Below are positions 11,800-24,345 of a DNA stretch of 64,000 bases, piece after piece (position 1 is the stretch's first letter; each line of letters opens with the position of its first letter). This DNA comes from Podarcis filfolensis (Eukaryota): assembly GCA_964270895.1 (NCBI GenBank), contig OZ185440.1; one strand, written 5' to 3'. Both the position numbers and the translations under genes were made by a program. The notes below the pieces were generated by a model. That model was given only the letters and a program-made list of their open reading frames with translations, had not been told where the DNA came from and made no database searches.

Positions 11800-13275
11800 T
11801 ATACTTCTATTTTGTTACCCCCATCTCCACTTTAATATAACAGATTTTGGCCTTACTCACATGATACGGTAAGCCAAACTGTGGCTTACAAGGACCATGC
11901 AAAGATGTGGGCTCCCCTACCATTTTTATCCAAACTGAGACTGGTGGTTTAAGCTCTCTCTGCAGTCTGCACTGACCCCAAAATGTAGCTCAAAACAAAC
12001 CTTTATCCTAGTTTGGTTAACTGTGTCATGCAGTCTAAGCCACTGATTAATAGTTGTGGTGGTAGTAAACTTATAATTCTCAACCCCTTTGCCTTCTCCC
12101 AACTTTACATCAGCAATATCGCAGCAATAAATAATATGTGGGAGAGAGATCCTGAATTAACAGCCTTTGTGCTTTAGATGACATAACTCCAAGGACAGGA
12201 TATAAAAAGAACCCACACAATCAGCCCAATAAGGCAAGTGATAAGGTTCTTTCTTCCCAACACAATCCTTGGTTTAGGATTTATTTAGTCTCCACTCTGA
12301 TTTGTGAGTCATTGGCTGTCCTGTCAGTTACTGTCAGTCAGTGAAAAACATCACATCAAAAAGATAAATCCAGGCACACACAAGGCAAGACGACTCTAGA
12401 GCAGCCTGATCAAATACAGTCAGACACCTGATTTAATCTCTCCCCTGATAATGTCTTTAAGGTTAAAAGACTTTTTTTTCTGTTCATGTTTGTTTACCTG
12501 CACCAGTCACATCCAATCTTCTGTCTCCCCACCACCACCCACATGCTCACTTCCTGGAGCTCAGGGGCAAGCTGTGATTGACAGTTGATTCTCCATTACA
12601 ATTACAAATTTTTGAATGTTGCAGCTGGGGGCCTGTCACTTGTGAAAATAAATGGAGCTCAAATAGGATTATGCTAGCTTCCCCCATGGTGTGGTTAAGC
12701 CCCGCCAGCCCACCCCATGTGGACCACTGCCTTAATGGGAAGATGAGGAGAGATAAGTCAGCGTTTCAGGAGGAGAGCAACAATGAAACACAGATCTCCC
12801 CGGACTCATTTTGTTGGTGGGGGAGGGAATCAACCTTAATTGTATTTGCTTCTCATCTGTCTCCGTCATTATAATTCCTCAAAGGAGAAAGTTGAACTGG
12901 ATAGAGATGATGACCCAGGGAGAAGCTGAAAGGTAAAGAGGCTGTCTTTGTTTGATGGGAGCTACAGGGGTGTTTTTCTCTTGGAGTTTTTTTCATCTCA
13001 GAAGATGAAATAACCAGGCAATAACAGAAGATGCACCAAGGTCAAAGATGGTTCCATATATTTGAATCGGAGAAGGAGGGAAGCTATCTGGTCTGGCGGC
13101 CCATGAGTTGGTCAGTCTGTACTTCGCTTCCAGTGAACTGATGCCTAATTGATTGGTTTTGGTTACCTGACAGAAAGGCAGCCCTATAAACAAAACTGCT
13201 AACAGTGAACACCTTATACATGTACTCAAAAGTAAGCCCCACTGAGTTCAATGGAACTTTATTCCAGGTTTATAG

Positions 13276-13382
13276 CAGGGGGCACCAACCATTGGCCCTC
13301 CAGATATTGTTTGACTGCAACTCCTCTTAGCCCCAGCAAGCACGGCCAATGGTCAGGGATGAGGAAAGTTGTAGTCTGGAGG
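13276..13382. mobile_element. Degraded palindromic hAT-type MITE
   Basis: ggccctccagat...caactcc...gttgtagtc shared with 48680-48815. Confidence 0.6.
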
Positions 13383-13894
13383 TCAACTTGAGAGCACATT
13401 TGCATGCATTGTGAAGGTAATAACCTCAGAAGCTGTGAGGTGGAATGGAAGCAAACTTTCATCGGATGACCTTATTAAGCAAGTCCAGATATGGAAATAT
13501 GGAAAGATTAAGGTGATCAGTTTTTGTTTTGTTTTTTTAAACCATCTGTGCATGTAAAGCAGGAAGCACTGTGATTAAGAGTTGAGACTGAATTAGACTA
13601 AATTAAGATGAAATATTAAAGCAAACTGGTCTGAGATCAGGTACTCCCTTGGGGGAAAAAGTTAAATACAGCTGTAGAGAGAGAATGGAGAAATCAGATT
13701 AGGAACATAGTGGTTGGCATTAGTGGGATAACCCATATATCATTTTCCTTATCTAAATTGCCCCTGAAACTGCTGTTTGTCTCAAGGAAAAACATACTGG
13801 CAACATATGGTTCTTACTTCTGGCGCAGCAATAAAACTGCTAGCACGTTTGCAAAGCTAAGCAGGGTCTGGTATGGTTTCAAATGGGATGGGGA

Positions 13895-13975
13895 ACTGCA
13901 TGTTGAGACTCCTGAATTGCAGGGGGTTGGACTAGATGACCCTCAGGTTCCCTTCCAACTCTACAATTCTATGAA
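13895..13975 (+). mobile_element. CR1-type 3' tail
   Basis: gcagggggttggactagatgaccctcaggttcccttccaactctacaattctatga. Confidence 0.85.
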
Positions 13976-16900
13976 CATATCTCAAGCATATTGGTGACAA
14001 TTCTCCTTTGTCAAATGCCCTAGGAAAACAAGGTAAACTGAACAATGCAATAATACAGTAATCTTGTAGGATCTCCAACGAAAGACATTGATCAGTTTTA
14101 ATATTGATAGAGTTTTCTTGTGAGGTGCTGCTGAGCTGCAGAAAGCTGATATTTGCAGGCATGGATATGAATTTTCCTTTTGATTTAAGAACAAAAAAAT
14201 AAATGCCAACTTTGGCTGGCTTGTTTACTCTCTGGAATATTTTTATATAATGTGTGCTGAGCTCACAGAGATTTCATCTGGAGTAAATCTGAAAGGACAT
14301 GTCTTAGGCTACTTGCAGAAGTAACGTAAAAATGGAAACTGATGGAAAGGTGTGCAGGAATTGGCTCTTAGTTTCCCAATCCAGCCTATAAGCAGACAGA
14401 AGACAACTGAATGCTGGCAGACATCCCTCTCCTTTTCCAACCACAGGTAAATAGCTCCGCCAGAACCCTTATATCTCTGCCCTTATCACTGCAAGACTAT
14501 TGTTATAAATGGGTAACTTGTAAGTGGTGAGCATTTCATATGACTAGCAATATATTTTTTGGCTCTGGAATAGAAAACCCATCCTCTCGAACTTTACCCG
14601 AGTGTCTGAGCATCTGGCATACCTGTGGAAAACTATTTGCCAGCTTCATGTCTTGAGTAAGGAAGTGCCTGTAATAGCTTGAGTATTTAATTGCTCTCAT
14701 AATTTGGATCTATCATAGAAATTAAACTTTTCTGCTTGGCTACAGACCCCTCAAGGGGTCTCTCAGTTCTGAGTCATTCTTGTTCTCTGTTCTCACAATC
14801 AAGCGGTGTCATGTTTTACAGAAAACCCGTAACTGCTCACTTGAATATCACAGTGCCTCAGAGGATCTCAACACCTTCTTTGATAGCCCAGGTACTATTA
14901 ACAAAGATAAGTGCAACATATAGAATTTCGAGTGAGCAAATTTAATATGATATATTGTAGAAGTTAGAATTCCAGATCACTCAGGGAAGTGGGCCTGTGT
15001 TTATATTCTGATTGTAGGATTCAGCATGGCATGGACTGAACAAAGAAAAATTATGGGACCGAAGGGCTCAGATATTAAATGATTCTATTTCATACTGATG
15101 AGGCAATTTTTTAAAAGCACAGCAATTTCCTCTCAGCCTTTCTTTTACAAGTGATCCTATTCAAACCTTCATCATAAAAAGAATGCAGGTGGGTAATTAA
15201 GAAGGTGTGAAATGTGAAGACATGGCCAGCTTTTTTTTTTAGTGCTCCATACAGTGAGTTATAAAATGCTATCTGTATAAAAAGTGGCAACTGATTGAGT
15301 GACCTAACTTACTGACCTGGGAATTATTATTATTTCTTCTTCTCCCCAACAGAATGTGGTGGAAAGCTTTATATAGAATTTTAGTAATTTTCCCTTGCAT
15401 ATATATAGTACAGCTAGTCCCGAGGCTCTTTAATAGTAGCAAACAATTATCTAGCCTACGGTGTGTTTCATATACGTAAATCTCTATTAATAGTAGCAGC
15501 AATAGTAGCAGTTATAAGAGCAGGGTTTCATGTTGCTCTGAGATGCATGCAATAGCTGAGCATCCTATTCTGCACATTTTCCACAGCTGTATAGGAGAAA
15601 GCAACATCCCAGTATTTCACTGGCTGCCACTGAGCAATGCTCCACTTATATTAAGTATCATTATTTTTTCAAATACTGATTCAGGCTTTCCTGTACCCAT
15701 GCAAATGTAACCATAACTGCACCACCCACACAGAAGAGGGAGGTATCAGCAGACTCTGGATACCCATGAGGTTTCTGGGACAGGAAAATACCCTTAGGGT
15801 GATAACTCATTGGGGTACAATGACACTCAGCTTCATCTTTCAGTCTGAATCAGGTATGACCAATGTATGAATGCTGTAGTGGCAAGGTGAAGAAAGGAAG
15901 ATGAAGAAACTGAGTTTGAATCCTGGCAAATTGGAGGCTAAGGGTGATTGCCTGCTCTGGGCTACCAAAGTAGGTGGTCTGCACTTGGTGAAGGGTACTT
16001 CTTGATGCATTTTTGTTGCTTGGTGGTCAGGTGTCCTTAGTGGGTAGGAACCCCTTTAACATTTTCAGCTGTACTTAGACTGAGATACATAGCAAGCATC
16101 AGTGGTCCAGGCATTGGTAACCTCCAAACTGTAATGTCTGGAGTATGAGTTCACTGTAATGCCAGAGAGATGACGACAAGTGGAATTTAGATCAGGAGTT
16201 TCTCACCTCCCTTGCTCATAAGAACTGAAGAGTTCCTCTAGCTTAGCATCCTCTTTCTCAGAGGGTCAACAATTGCTTCCCCCAGCAGAAGCTCGCATTG
16301 GAACACTGCAGTGAAAGCACACACAGAAAGGGAGGGGTAATCTGCTTATGCAACTGCTTTCTTGATGTTTGCATAACATTTGACATTGCACTTGGGGCTA
16401 AATGAGACATGTCTGAAGATCTGTGATGGGATTTCCTGCAGAAAATGTAGCCAGTCACAAAGGTGGTGAAGGATTTGGATTGGTGGCAGGTTTGCTGGGG
16501 AAGGGAACTAAGACTTTTCCCTGCTCCAGTCATTCAATTAAAATCCCTGCCAACGTTGCTATTTGCTATGGTCCCCATCCAAATCACCTACCCACTCGGC
16601 TTCTAAAAAGGAAACAACACTGGACATCCTGTTCATGAATCTCCCATGTCCCATCAAGTTGTTTGCCCAATCTAACAGTTCTAAGCAAATGTGAGGTGTG
16701 ATGAATGGCCAGTACCTATAGATAGCTGCTATTGGTGATTAAATATTCCAAAACATTCTGTTTTCACAAAAAAAGCACTAATGCAATTTAAAGGCTACTT
16801 TTGTTTTATGCTGTTTTAATACTTCCATTAATTTATTTTGCCTTTCAAAGATATGTCTCTAAACAAAATTTTACTCATGCACTTACATCTGCATAGGGTC

Positions 16901-18050
16901 CCAGCAACAGCTATGAACTTTGTAACCTTTTTTTATTCCTTTGGTGTAAGCCACTGTGAGAAATATGATGGAGCGACTGATACATATTTATGATGAGGAT
17001 GGTCATCCTTATCATTCAAGAAGTACTGAGAAACAGCTATTTTCTCAGCAAATCCAAATCTCCCCTTCATTCCAAGCATTTTTACATGCATTGCTTGCCC
17101 TGGTATGTAGCTTGGGCAGATGCAAATGCTGAAGTGTGGAGTGGAGAGCAGAATACTGAATAGATGACTGCTTTCCCCCCTACATCTATCAGTAGATCTG
17201 TGCAGTGAACTTGCAGATTGTCAACTGCAAGAAGGCTTGTGGTAAAACAATAAACAGGAGTATATCTCTAATTGGAAACAGTGAGTTTGTATAGTTCACT
17301 TCCATCGTCTATTCTGGGTCATGAGAAAGAAAATCTAAATATAACCTTCGAAAAGGGAGAAATGCCTCCCCTACAGAGGCTCACATCCAGCACAGTCTGG
17401 GAATGACAAACTACGCATGGAAGTTTGGGCAAAATATACCCTGAGCTCTTGAGCTTCCTTCATATGTGGTTACATTCTGGTGGAAGAAGCTGGAGCTTGT
17501 TTATCTCTTGGTAACTTTTGCATCCAGCTCCATAGCTTTCCTAGACGGCTAATTGTTGACTGCATGTTCTGCCATGGAAAGATGACCATTCCATTTGGTC
17601 CATTTTTTTTAAGAAAGCATAATTTGGGACTGGGAAGCAATTGTATCCCCTACAACTATAACAACCCAACCAGAAATGTTTTGTCTTCCCTTCAATTTCC
17701 TTCACTGCATTTCAGAAATGTTTGCCCGGTTGTCAGGCACCATGGGCCCGCAGACTCTTCAGTTCAACCAGCAACAGATTCTAGGCAGCTAGAGAACTCA
17801 ATAATTCAGGTTAGAAAGTCAGGCAAACCCAAAGGTTTCATCAGCTGCTCATTCCTGTCTATATCATCCCGTGGATCTCATCACTCTATAGTGAACCCCA
17901 GGCTAAATAGCCTGTCTCTGTTGCATCAAGGAGAAGGAGAAGTTGCTACAGCATCAGCAACCTCCCAATTGCCTTCTATGGGCTCAGCCTTCCACAGCAG
18001 CAACTGCTGTTACTATGACTCCTAGTCACTACCGGAGGAAGGGCCATGAC

Positions 18051-18690
18051 CAGAGCCGGCTCTGTCATTAGGCAGACTGAGATGGCTGCCTCAGGCAGCA
18101 GAAGCCCTCAGAGTGGCAGCCTCAAAATCAGATCCAGAGCATGCAAGATCTTGGATGTCAGGGAACTGTTGGCTGAGAAGGGGGGAGAGAGTGGAATGTA
18201 CAGGGAGCCGCCTCCTTTAATGAGCAGCTGCACTTCGTCAGAGAGGGAGGAGGAGGAGGGGCTTTCAGGAAACACTGAAACAGGAAGAGAGGAACAGCTC
18301 CGACGCTTCGCTCTTTACGTAGGGGGAGGAGGAAAAGGGGGGGCTTCAGGAAGTTTCTATGCTGGAAAGGGAAGAGGGAGGAGCCATGGCGGCAACTGAC
18401 ACTGACTGAGAAAGACATGCTTTTAAGAGCTCCGGATTGTACATAGTTTTGGGACTTAATAAATCTTGTAAAGCTGGCTGGAGTCCCGGGCTGTTATCTC
18501 GGCTAGCACCCACCAATCATCCTGACATTGGGTGATTTTGGTGAGACCTCACCCAAATTGAGTGACATCTCACCTGAGACTGGCACTGATGCCGCTGCTG
18601 CTTCTCGTTCTGTGGCGGAGACAGCAGTGGCAGGGCAAGGTGGCACTTCCCCTTTCACCTCAAATGGCAAAACAGGATGTGCCACCCCTG
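18051..18690. mobile_element. Non-autonomous hAT-like element containing a solo LTR
   Basis: Ends cagagccggc / gccacccctg. 8-bp TSD gccatgac (18043-18050) / gccatggc (18691-18698). Confidence 0.75.
18156..18527 (+). mobile_element. Solo LTR (Ty3/gypsy- or ERV-type), 372 bp
   Basis: Inverted termini TGTCAGG...CCTGACA, AATAAA at 18458-18463, 5-bp TSD ttgga/ttggg. Confidence 0.8.
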
Positions 18691-19120
18691 GCCATGGCTC
18701 CATGGTAGAGGATCTACTCTGTATGAAGAGGATCCCAGGTTAAATCCCTGGATTTGAGTTAGGGCTGGGAATGTCCCCTGCCCCAAAGCCCAGAGAACTG
18801 CTGCTAATCAGTCTGAATAGTGAGCTAGATGGACCAATGACATGACTCAAGATAAAGCAGCTTCCTGTATTGTGTACCATGTGACTGGTCCAGTGTCACC
18901 CATCAGCTTGGATGGCTGATGCCAAGCCATTTCACACCTGGCCTGCTTTCCATGCTTTAAATAACACACACACCACACCACATTTTTGGACAAGGTTGGG
19001 GCTACCTGTTTGGGGCATGGGCTTTTTACAATCACATGCAACTTTGGCATTTGGTCCACATGTTTGTTTTTTTGTTTATAAAAAATATATTTATATACTG
19101 CCATTTGTAAATGGATGTTG

Positions 19121-19464
19121 CATACCCTCCAACATTTATCCGTTGAAAATAGGGACGTCCCATTCCATAATGATAATTTTACTACACATCTTACTGGGTT
19201 GCCCCAGTCACTCTGGGCAGCTTCCAATATATATTAAAACATTAAACATTAAACATTAAACATTAAACATTAAACATTAAAAAAAACCCTTCCCTATACA
19301 GGATTGCCTTCAGATGGCTCAGGGGTCAGATAACTCTGTACCCTCCAAAATTTATCCAATGAAAATAGGGACGTCCTAAGGAAAAGTGGGACATTCCGAG
19401 ATCAAATCAGAAACCGGGATGGCTTCTCTAAATCAGGGGCATCCCTGGAAAATAGGAGGGTCTG
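19121..19464. mobile_element. Composite TIR element containing an L2-like tail fragment
   Basis: Termini cataccctcc / ggagggtctg, flanking 6-bp direct repeat atgttg, internal duplicate of the left end (35/38 identical). Confidence 0.65.
19237..19278. repeat. (AAACATT)6 tandem repeat
   Basis: Six perfect units counted. Confidence 0.95.
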
Positions 19465-19706
19465 ATGTTGTGCTGCAAATGTATTGTTGTGGTGCTAAAT
19501 AAATAAATAGTAGCACTGGCAGATTTTGACAAATTATGCTTGTTTACAAGTTTAGCCCTCCCAATTTCTCTGGGAATGCTATAATACATGAATGTACAGA
19601 GTAGCAGGGTTACAAGACTTAATGATGGCTATATGCTACCTCTAGGTTGAAGGCAGGGGACGCAGGGAGTGGGGCTTGCCACTGAAAGTGCCCAGAGACC
19701 TTAAGG

Positions 19707-19829
19707 TAAGGTTACCAGACATTACCGTTTCCTGGGGACAGTCCCTGGATTTACAAATCACTCCCCATACAAAATCAATTGAAGCTGAAAAGTGTCCCCT
19801 GATTCATTGGAAAAAATCTGGTAACCTTG
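19707..19829. mobile_element. 123-bp hAT-type MITE
   Basis: TIR taaggttaccaga / tctggtaaccttg, 8-bp TSD ccttaagg. Confidence 0.88.
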
Positions 19830-22457
19830 CCTTAAGGTAAAGGGCTGGTACAAAATCTAAGGAACAGATAAATAATAAACTGAAACACTGCCCAGTCTGT
19901 GTACTGGAATCATATTTGCAATCAGTGTATTTCAGTGGAAACCTATGGTGGAGCACTTCACAAAAATCTGAATAAGCTATTAGGTGTTTTGCAATGCTTT
20001 TTTTATTAGCCTTCAGAGCAGTATGCTTGGAATGCCTAGGGGAGCTGTGCAATTCCACCGTTTTCCCTTTGCCCCTTCATTGCTCCATTTCACAGGATCC
20101 AAATGTCCAAAGGATGCCTTTCTCACAGTTAACATCCAGCTCTGGAAAAAGTCAGAGAATGTCCTCATGTTCACTTTAAGCTCATCACACAAGGTGCGGA
20201 AAGCTGCAATAATTGCATGCCGACTGAAATGTCTCCTCAGAGGACTATAATTTGAAGATTATGTCAATTTAAGAAGCTCAATACCCTACCTTGACTGCAG
20301 CGCAGTAAAAAGAAAATCCCCCACTCGACTATCTCTGCTCATAAAAGTGATTTAGATTGGTTCCCCCCATGCATGCTTTTGGCTTGACTGTCAGAATCAA
20401 TTAACGTGATAAATAATCGATTGCAGTCTTCCTCCCCCCCCCACCAAAAAAAAAAACCTGCCACAAAACGTTTTCGTTTTACATTTGTAAAATGATATAT
20501 CTTTAAACAAAAGCCCTTCGACCTCAAAGTTCACCAGCTGCCCAATGAAAAGGGACAAATAATTGGCAGGGCTCCAATGGTGTGCCTGATTTAACAGGCC
20601 ATTTCCAACATTTGCATCCGACAGAAGTATTTCTGCCCATCACCTTACCAAAATGTGCCAGAGTTGCCCTTCTTGGTGCAGCTTTGGGTTGACCAAAGTA
20701 GCGCAAGACAGGCACAGCGGAAGGTCAAGCAAGAGGCACAAAAGGTCAGCCGAGCCAGAATGATGCCATCATCCTGCATGCACGCATGCACACCCAGCAA
20801 CTTTGGCATAAAGAGCGCAGGGACATGAAGGAGGCAAAGCACCAGAAGCAACTGGATCCGTTGCCAAGCCAGGCCCAGAGCCAACTATTCTTGGCTGTGT
20901 TTTGCTGTCCATCCCTATTAGCCAAAGCTGAAGAAAGTAACTGAAAGTGGAATGAAGCTAGTGCACCCCTTGGAAGTCCCTGGGCAGAAGAGCTTCTGGC
21001 AACTCCATAGCCTACCTCAGTGTGTGTGGAATTTAACGCCTGCTTCCCTAAATGGAAGATCCTTTGGTTCCGAAAGTGCTGAAGTGGAGTGGGGAAAGGA
21101 GAGACGTATTCATTGCAGGCATCTCTTACTACATCTCACACTTGAAGCTGCTCTGCTTTTAGACAGGGGTGGGTGGGAATCGCCAGAGGTTTAGCAAAAT
21201 GAATTCATTATAGAGCTGAGCCAAAGGTTCTTGGGCAATTTTTTTCCACTTGAAAGGGGAGCTTTTAGAAGTGGGGAGGGTTGTGACCCTTCCACTCACC
21301 TCATTTTCTGCCTTTAGCCACCTATTTGTTTTCTGGTAGTAAAGTAATCCAGATGTGTGGAATAAAGTTTGCTGAGGTGATTCGATGAGTACCATATCTC
21401 ACTATCTTAAGAGATACTTAGCTGATTTAGTATCAAATTCAAGTGGCTTTTCTTTATCTAACGTGAAAAAAAGGCATGAGATGTAGGGTTTTCCACTGAG
21501 TCTGTGAGTGATTTTTGTCTGTGCCTCAAACACCCATTACAAAGAGAGTGTGCAGCATGCATGTACATGAGAGTGGCTGATCCTGACCAGGGAGGTTGGA
21601 GAAATGGGAGCAGAAATTGCCAGTGTTGGCTTATTTACGCCACATCTGGAATGGAAATCAATCCAGCAAATACAATTGCTTTTCACTGTTGTTGTTGCTT
21701 TCAGTCCACAAATTATGGATTATATTTCCCTGCCCCTCCCAGTGAATTGTATTTCCTTTGCACTGAAATTAATGAGGTGGAGTAAAGTAATCACACCATG
21801 ATTTATGTAATTAATTATGTAAATTATGTGAGTTATGTAATTTTGCCACAGCAGACAGTGATACAAATAATGTAGTTTTTGGCAGAAGATGAACTGCAGC
21901 AGAACAGAAAGAGTGCTGTGGGGCAGAATGGAAAATGATGCCTTCTTACACCCCTAATCCTGAAATGAGTTTATTCCATACATCCGGATTATTTTACACC
22001 AGAGGACTTTGCAACAAAGTTTTGTAATCTGCCTTGTATCAAAAGCGGCCAACTGATTTACATTCCCCCCTCTCTTGCAAGCATACTTCCTTCACCAAAT
22101 CTCTAAAATGGCTCTAAAAACAGAAGTGCTGTCTCAGTTCTGTGGGACAGAGAATATGGTTTTAGCAGGGATTTTAAATAACTTTATACCTATCCTCTAT
22201 GCATTTGCCAGGTACAGAACTAATTCAGACTAGTGTGCCATAGGAAACTTGGGTGCAACAATTCGAACAAGTGGAGGAAGTGGCAACAAATCATACCTTG
22301 GCTCCTACGAAATAGAACCTTCTGTCAAATGTTCATTCAGCCAATATGCAAGATGTCCTTTGAACATTGGATACATTTTGCAAGCAGCCCTTCTTTGGAT
22401 TGTGCCTCCAGTCAATAGCCTTGGAAGAGAACCATATCTATGTTTCTCTGGATTCAG

Positions 22458-22626
22458 GTAGGGAGCTGTGTTGGTCTGAAGCAGTCGAAATAAATAAAAA
22501 ATAAATAAAAAATTGTCCAGTAGCATCTTAGAGACCAACTAAGTTTGTTCTGGGTATAAGCTTTTGTGTGTATGAACCCTTCTTCAGATACCACTGAAGA
22601 AGTGTGCATGCACACAAAAGCTTATA
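22458..22626. mobile_element. Penelope-like element terminal-repeat remnant with an inverted duplicated end
   Basis: gtgttggtctg...tagcatcttagagaccaactaagtttg...aagcttttgtgtg...cttcagatacc followed by the inverted ctgaagaagtgtgcatgcacacaaaagcttata. Matches reptile PLE terminal repeats as recalled. Confidence 0.75.
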
Positions 22627-23881
22627 ATTTTTTATGTTTCTCTGAACATCTATTGGCCGATGATGACAAATTCTTTAAGTATTCTTGAAATTTACTATTA
22701 ATACTTCTGCCATCACCACCTGCACTATACGTTTCTTTAGTGCCAAGATACACACAGTTTTGTAAGAACGACAGTATGCCAGGAGAGGAGTGAAATAAAC
22801 AAGCCATTATGAAATATCCAACTCTTTGAACGGCACCTTGGAAAACGAGAGCTTGGAGAGGTCCAGTATCCAGTGATGTCATATCAAGTATAGAGTAGGG
22901 GAACTAACATGTACTTGCATGCAACCTCAGGAAACTCAACTCTCATGAACCCCAATGGGAACTGATGACACTTCACACTTCTCAAGATTGGGCCAATTCC
23001 TTGGGGGTCTCTCAGCTTTCAAAAATTGACCTGATCACTATGGAAATCCCAAACACTGCCCATTTCCCATGCTGCCACTCATGAAACTGGTCAGTTTTGT
23101 AGCTGCTGATTTATCTCATCCCTAGGAATATAGGCAGACATGCAACAAAATCATGCAGTTTTTTCTCTACTTTTATCACATGCTGTAACATTAAAGATTT
23201 TTAGGGAGAGGGTCTTCCTTCCTTCCTTCCCTATGTGACTGAATCCATTTCCTATCTCCAAAGCTCTTTGTAAAACAATGGATTTTCCAGCACATTAGGG
23301 CCTGCCACTGGCCTTAGAATTTTCTGCTTTTGGCAACCATTGTGCTGGCATGGTTCCCTCGGCCTCAGAGACCCGCTGCTGATTGATCCCTGTAATCCAA
23401 TCCATTTTCAACAAGGCACTTCAGTTCCAATAAAAACAAGGGGCTTTGCTGATTGCTGGTTTCAGTTGCAGCTGTTGGAGCCACAAATCTAAAGAGAAAT
23501 ACTTTAAGTAGATTTGATGGGAGGGAGGGAGGACTCTACTATTTAAAATGAATAGGTTTGCTATTTTATTAAATTAGTGTCAAATGGAAGTGGTCTCTCG
23601 GTCTGATCCTTACACACCATGGGCTATGACTTCACCATGTAGTTCAAGTTAATTGTGATGCTAGCTGCTGATGATAAGAAGATGGGCAAAAAAAAAAATT
23701 TAAAAAAATGAGAAAGGAGAGCAGGCTGGTGCTGCATTTTCTTGAGGGTTTCATCAATGCTGCCCCTATTCACCACTCCTTCCTGACCAATGACAACGTG
23801 CACATTTATGCCAGTCAGAAAATTGGGAAAGATACTGGTCTTTGTAATATCGAAAAGGTTAGATGCAAGGATGAGATCTGC

Positions 23882-24247
23882 AATAATAATAATAATAATT
23901 TATTATTTGTACCCTGCCCATCAGGCTGGGTTTCCCCAGCCACTCTGGGTGGCTTCCACAGAGACCAAAAATACACTAAAATGTCACACATTAAAAATTT
24001 CCCTGAACAGGGCTGCCTTAAGATGTTTTCTGAATGTCAGGTAGTTGTTTATCGCTTTGACATCTGATGGGAGGGCGTTCCACAGGGCGGGCGCCACTAC
24101 TGAGAAGGCCCTCTGCCTGGTTCCCTGTAGCTTTGCTTCTCGTAATGAGGGAACCGTCAGAAGGCCCTCGGTGCTGGACCTCAGCGTCTGGGCAGAACGA
24201 TGGGGGTGGAGACACTCCTTCAGGTATACTGGGCCGAGGCCGTTTAG
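23882..24247 (-). mobile_element. L2 LINE 3' end (young subfamily)
   Basis: Minus ORF LNGLGPVYLKE...RAFSVVAPALWNALPSDVK, nearly the same as 41040-41299. (TAT)n tail. Confidence 0.93.
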
Positions 24248-24345
24248 CTCCACATAACCTTTCCTGGACCTTAAATGACTTTTACTCCCAGGTTTCTCTC
24301 TTCTGACTTATCAGAGATAGCTCTCCTTACAGCTACGTTCTAGCC

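Larger units (their letters stand above)
18034..18870 (+). mobile_element. Squam3-like SINE split in its A-box region by the 18051-18690 insertion
   Basis: Removing the insertion gives ggaagggccatggctccatggtagagga...cccaggttaaatccctgg...gagctagatggaccaatg...gcagcttcct. Confidence 0.7.

Noticed and set aside
14447-14519. Plus-strand acceptor with downstream donors
   Set aside because: The same CAG|GTAAAT reads equally as a donor; the peptide is uninformative and there is no supporting context.
17480-18025. Longest ORF (181 aa)
   Set aside because: No recognisable domain or splice context. By a rough estimate, about one ORF of this length is expected by chance in six frames of 64 kb.
18046-18418. 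Overlapping 117-aa and 86-aa ORFs
   Set aside because: They lie within the hAT/LTR nest and are explained by purine-rich LTR sequence.
23708-23880. Stretch open in both sense and antisense frames (LVLHFLEGFINAAPIHH...)
   Set aside because: No usable acceptor/donor pair on either strand and no recognised protein.
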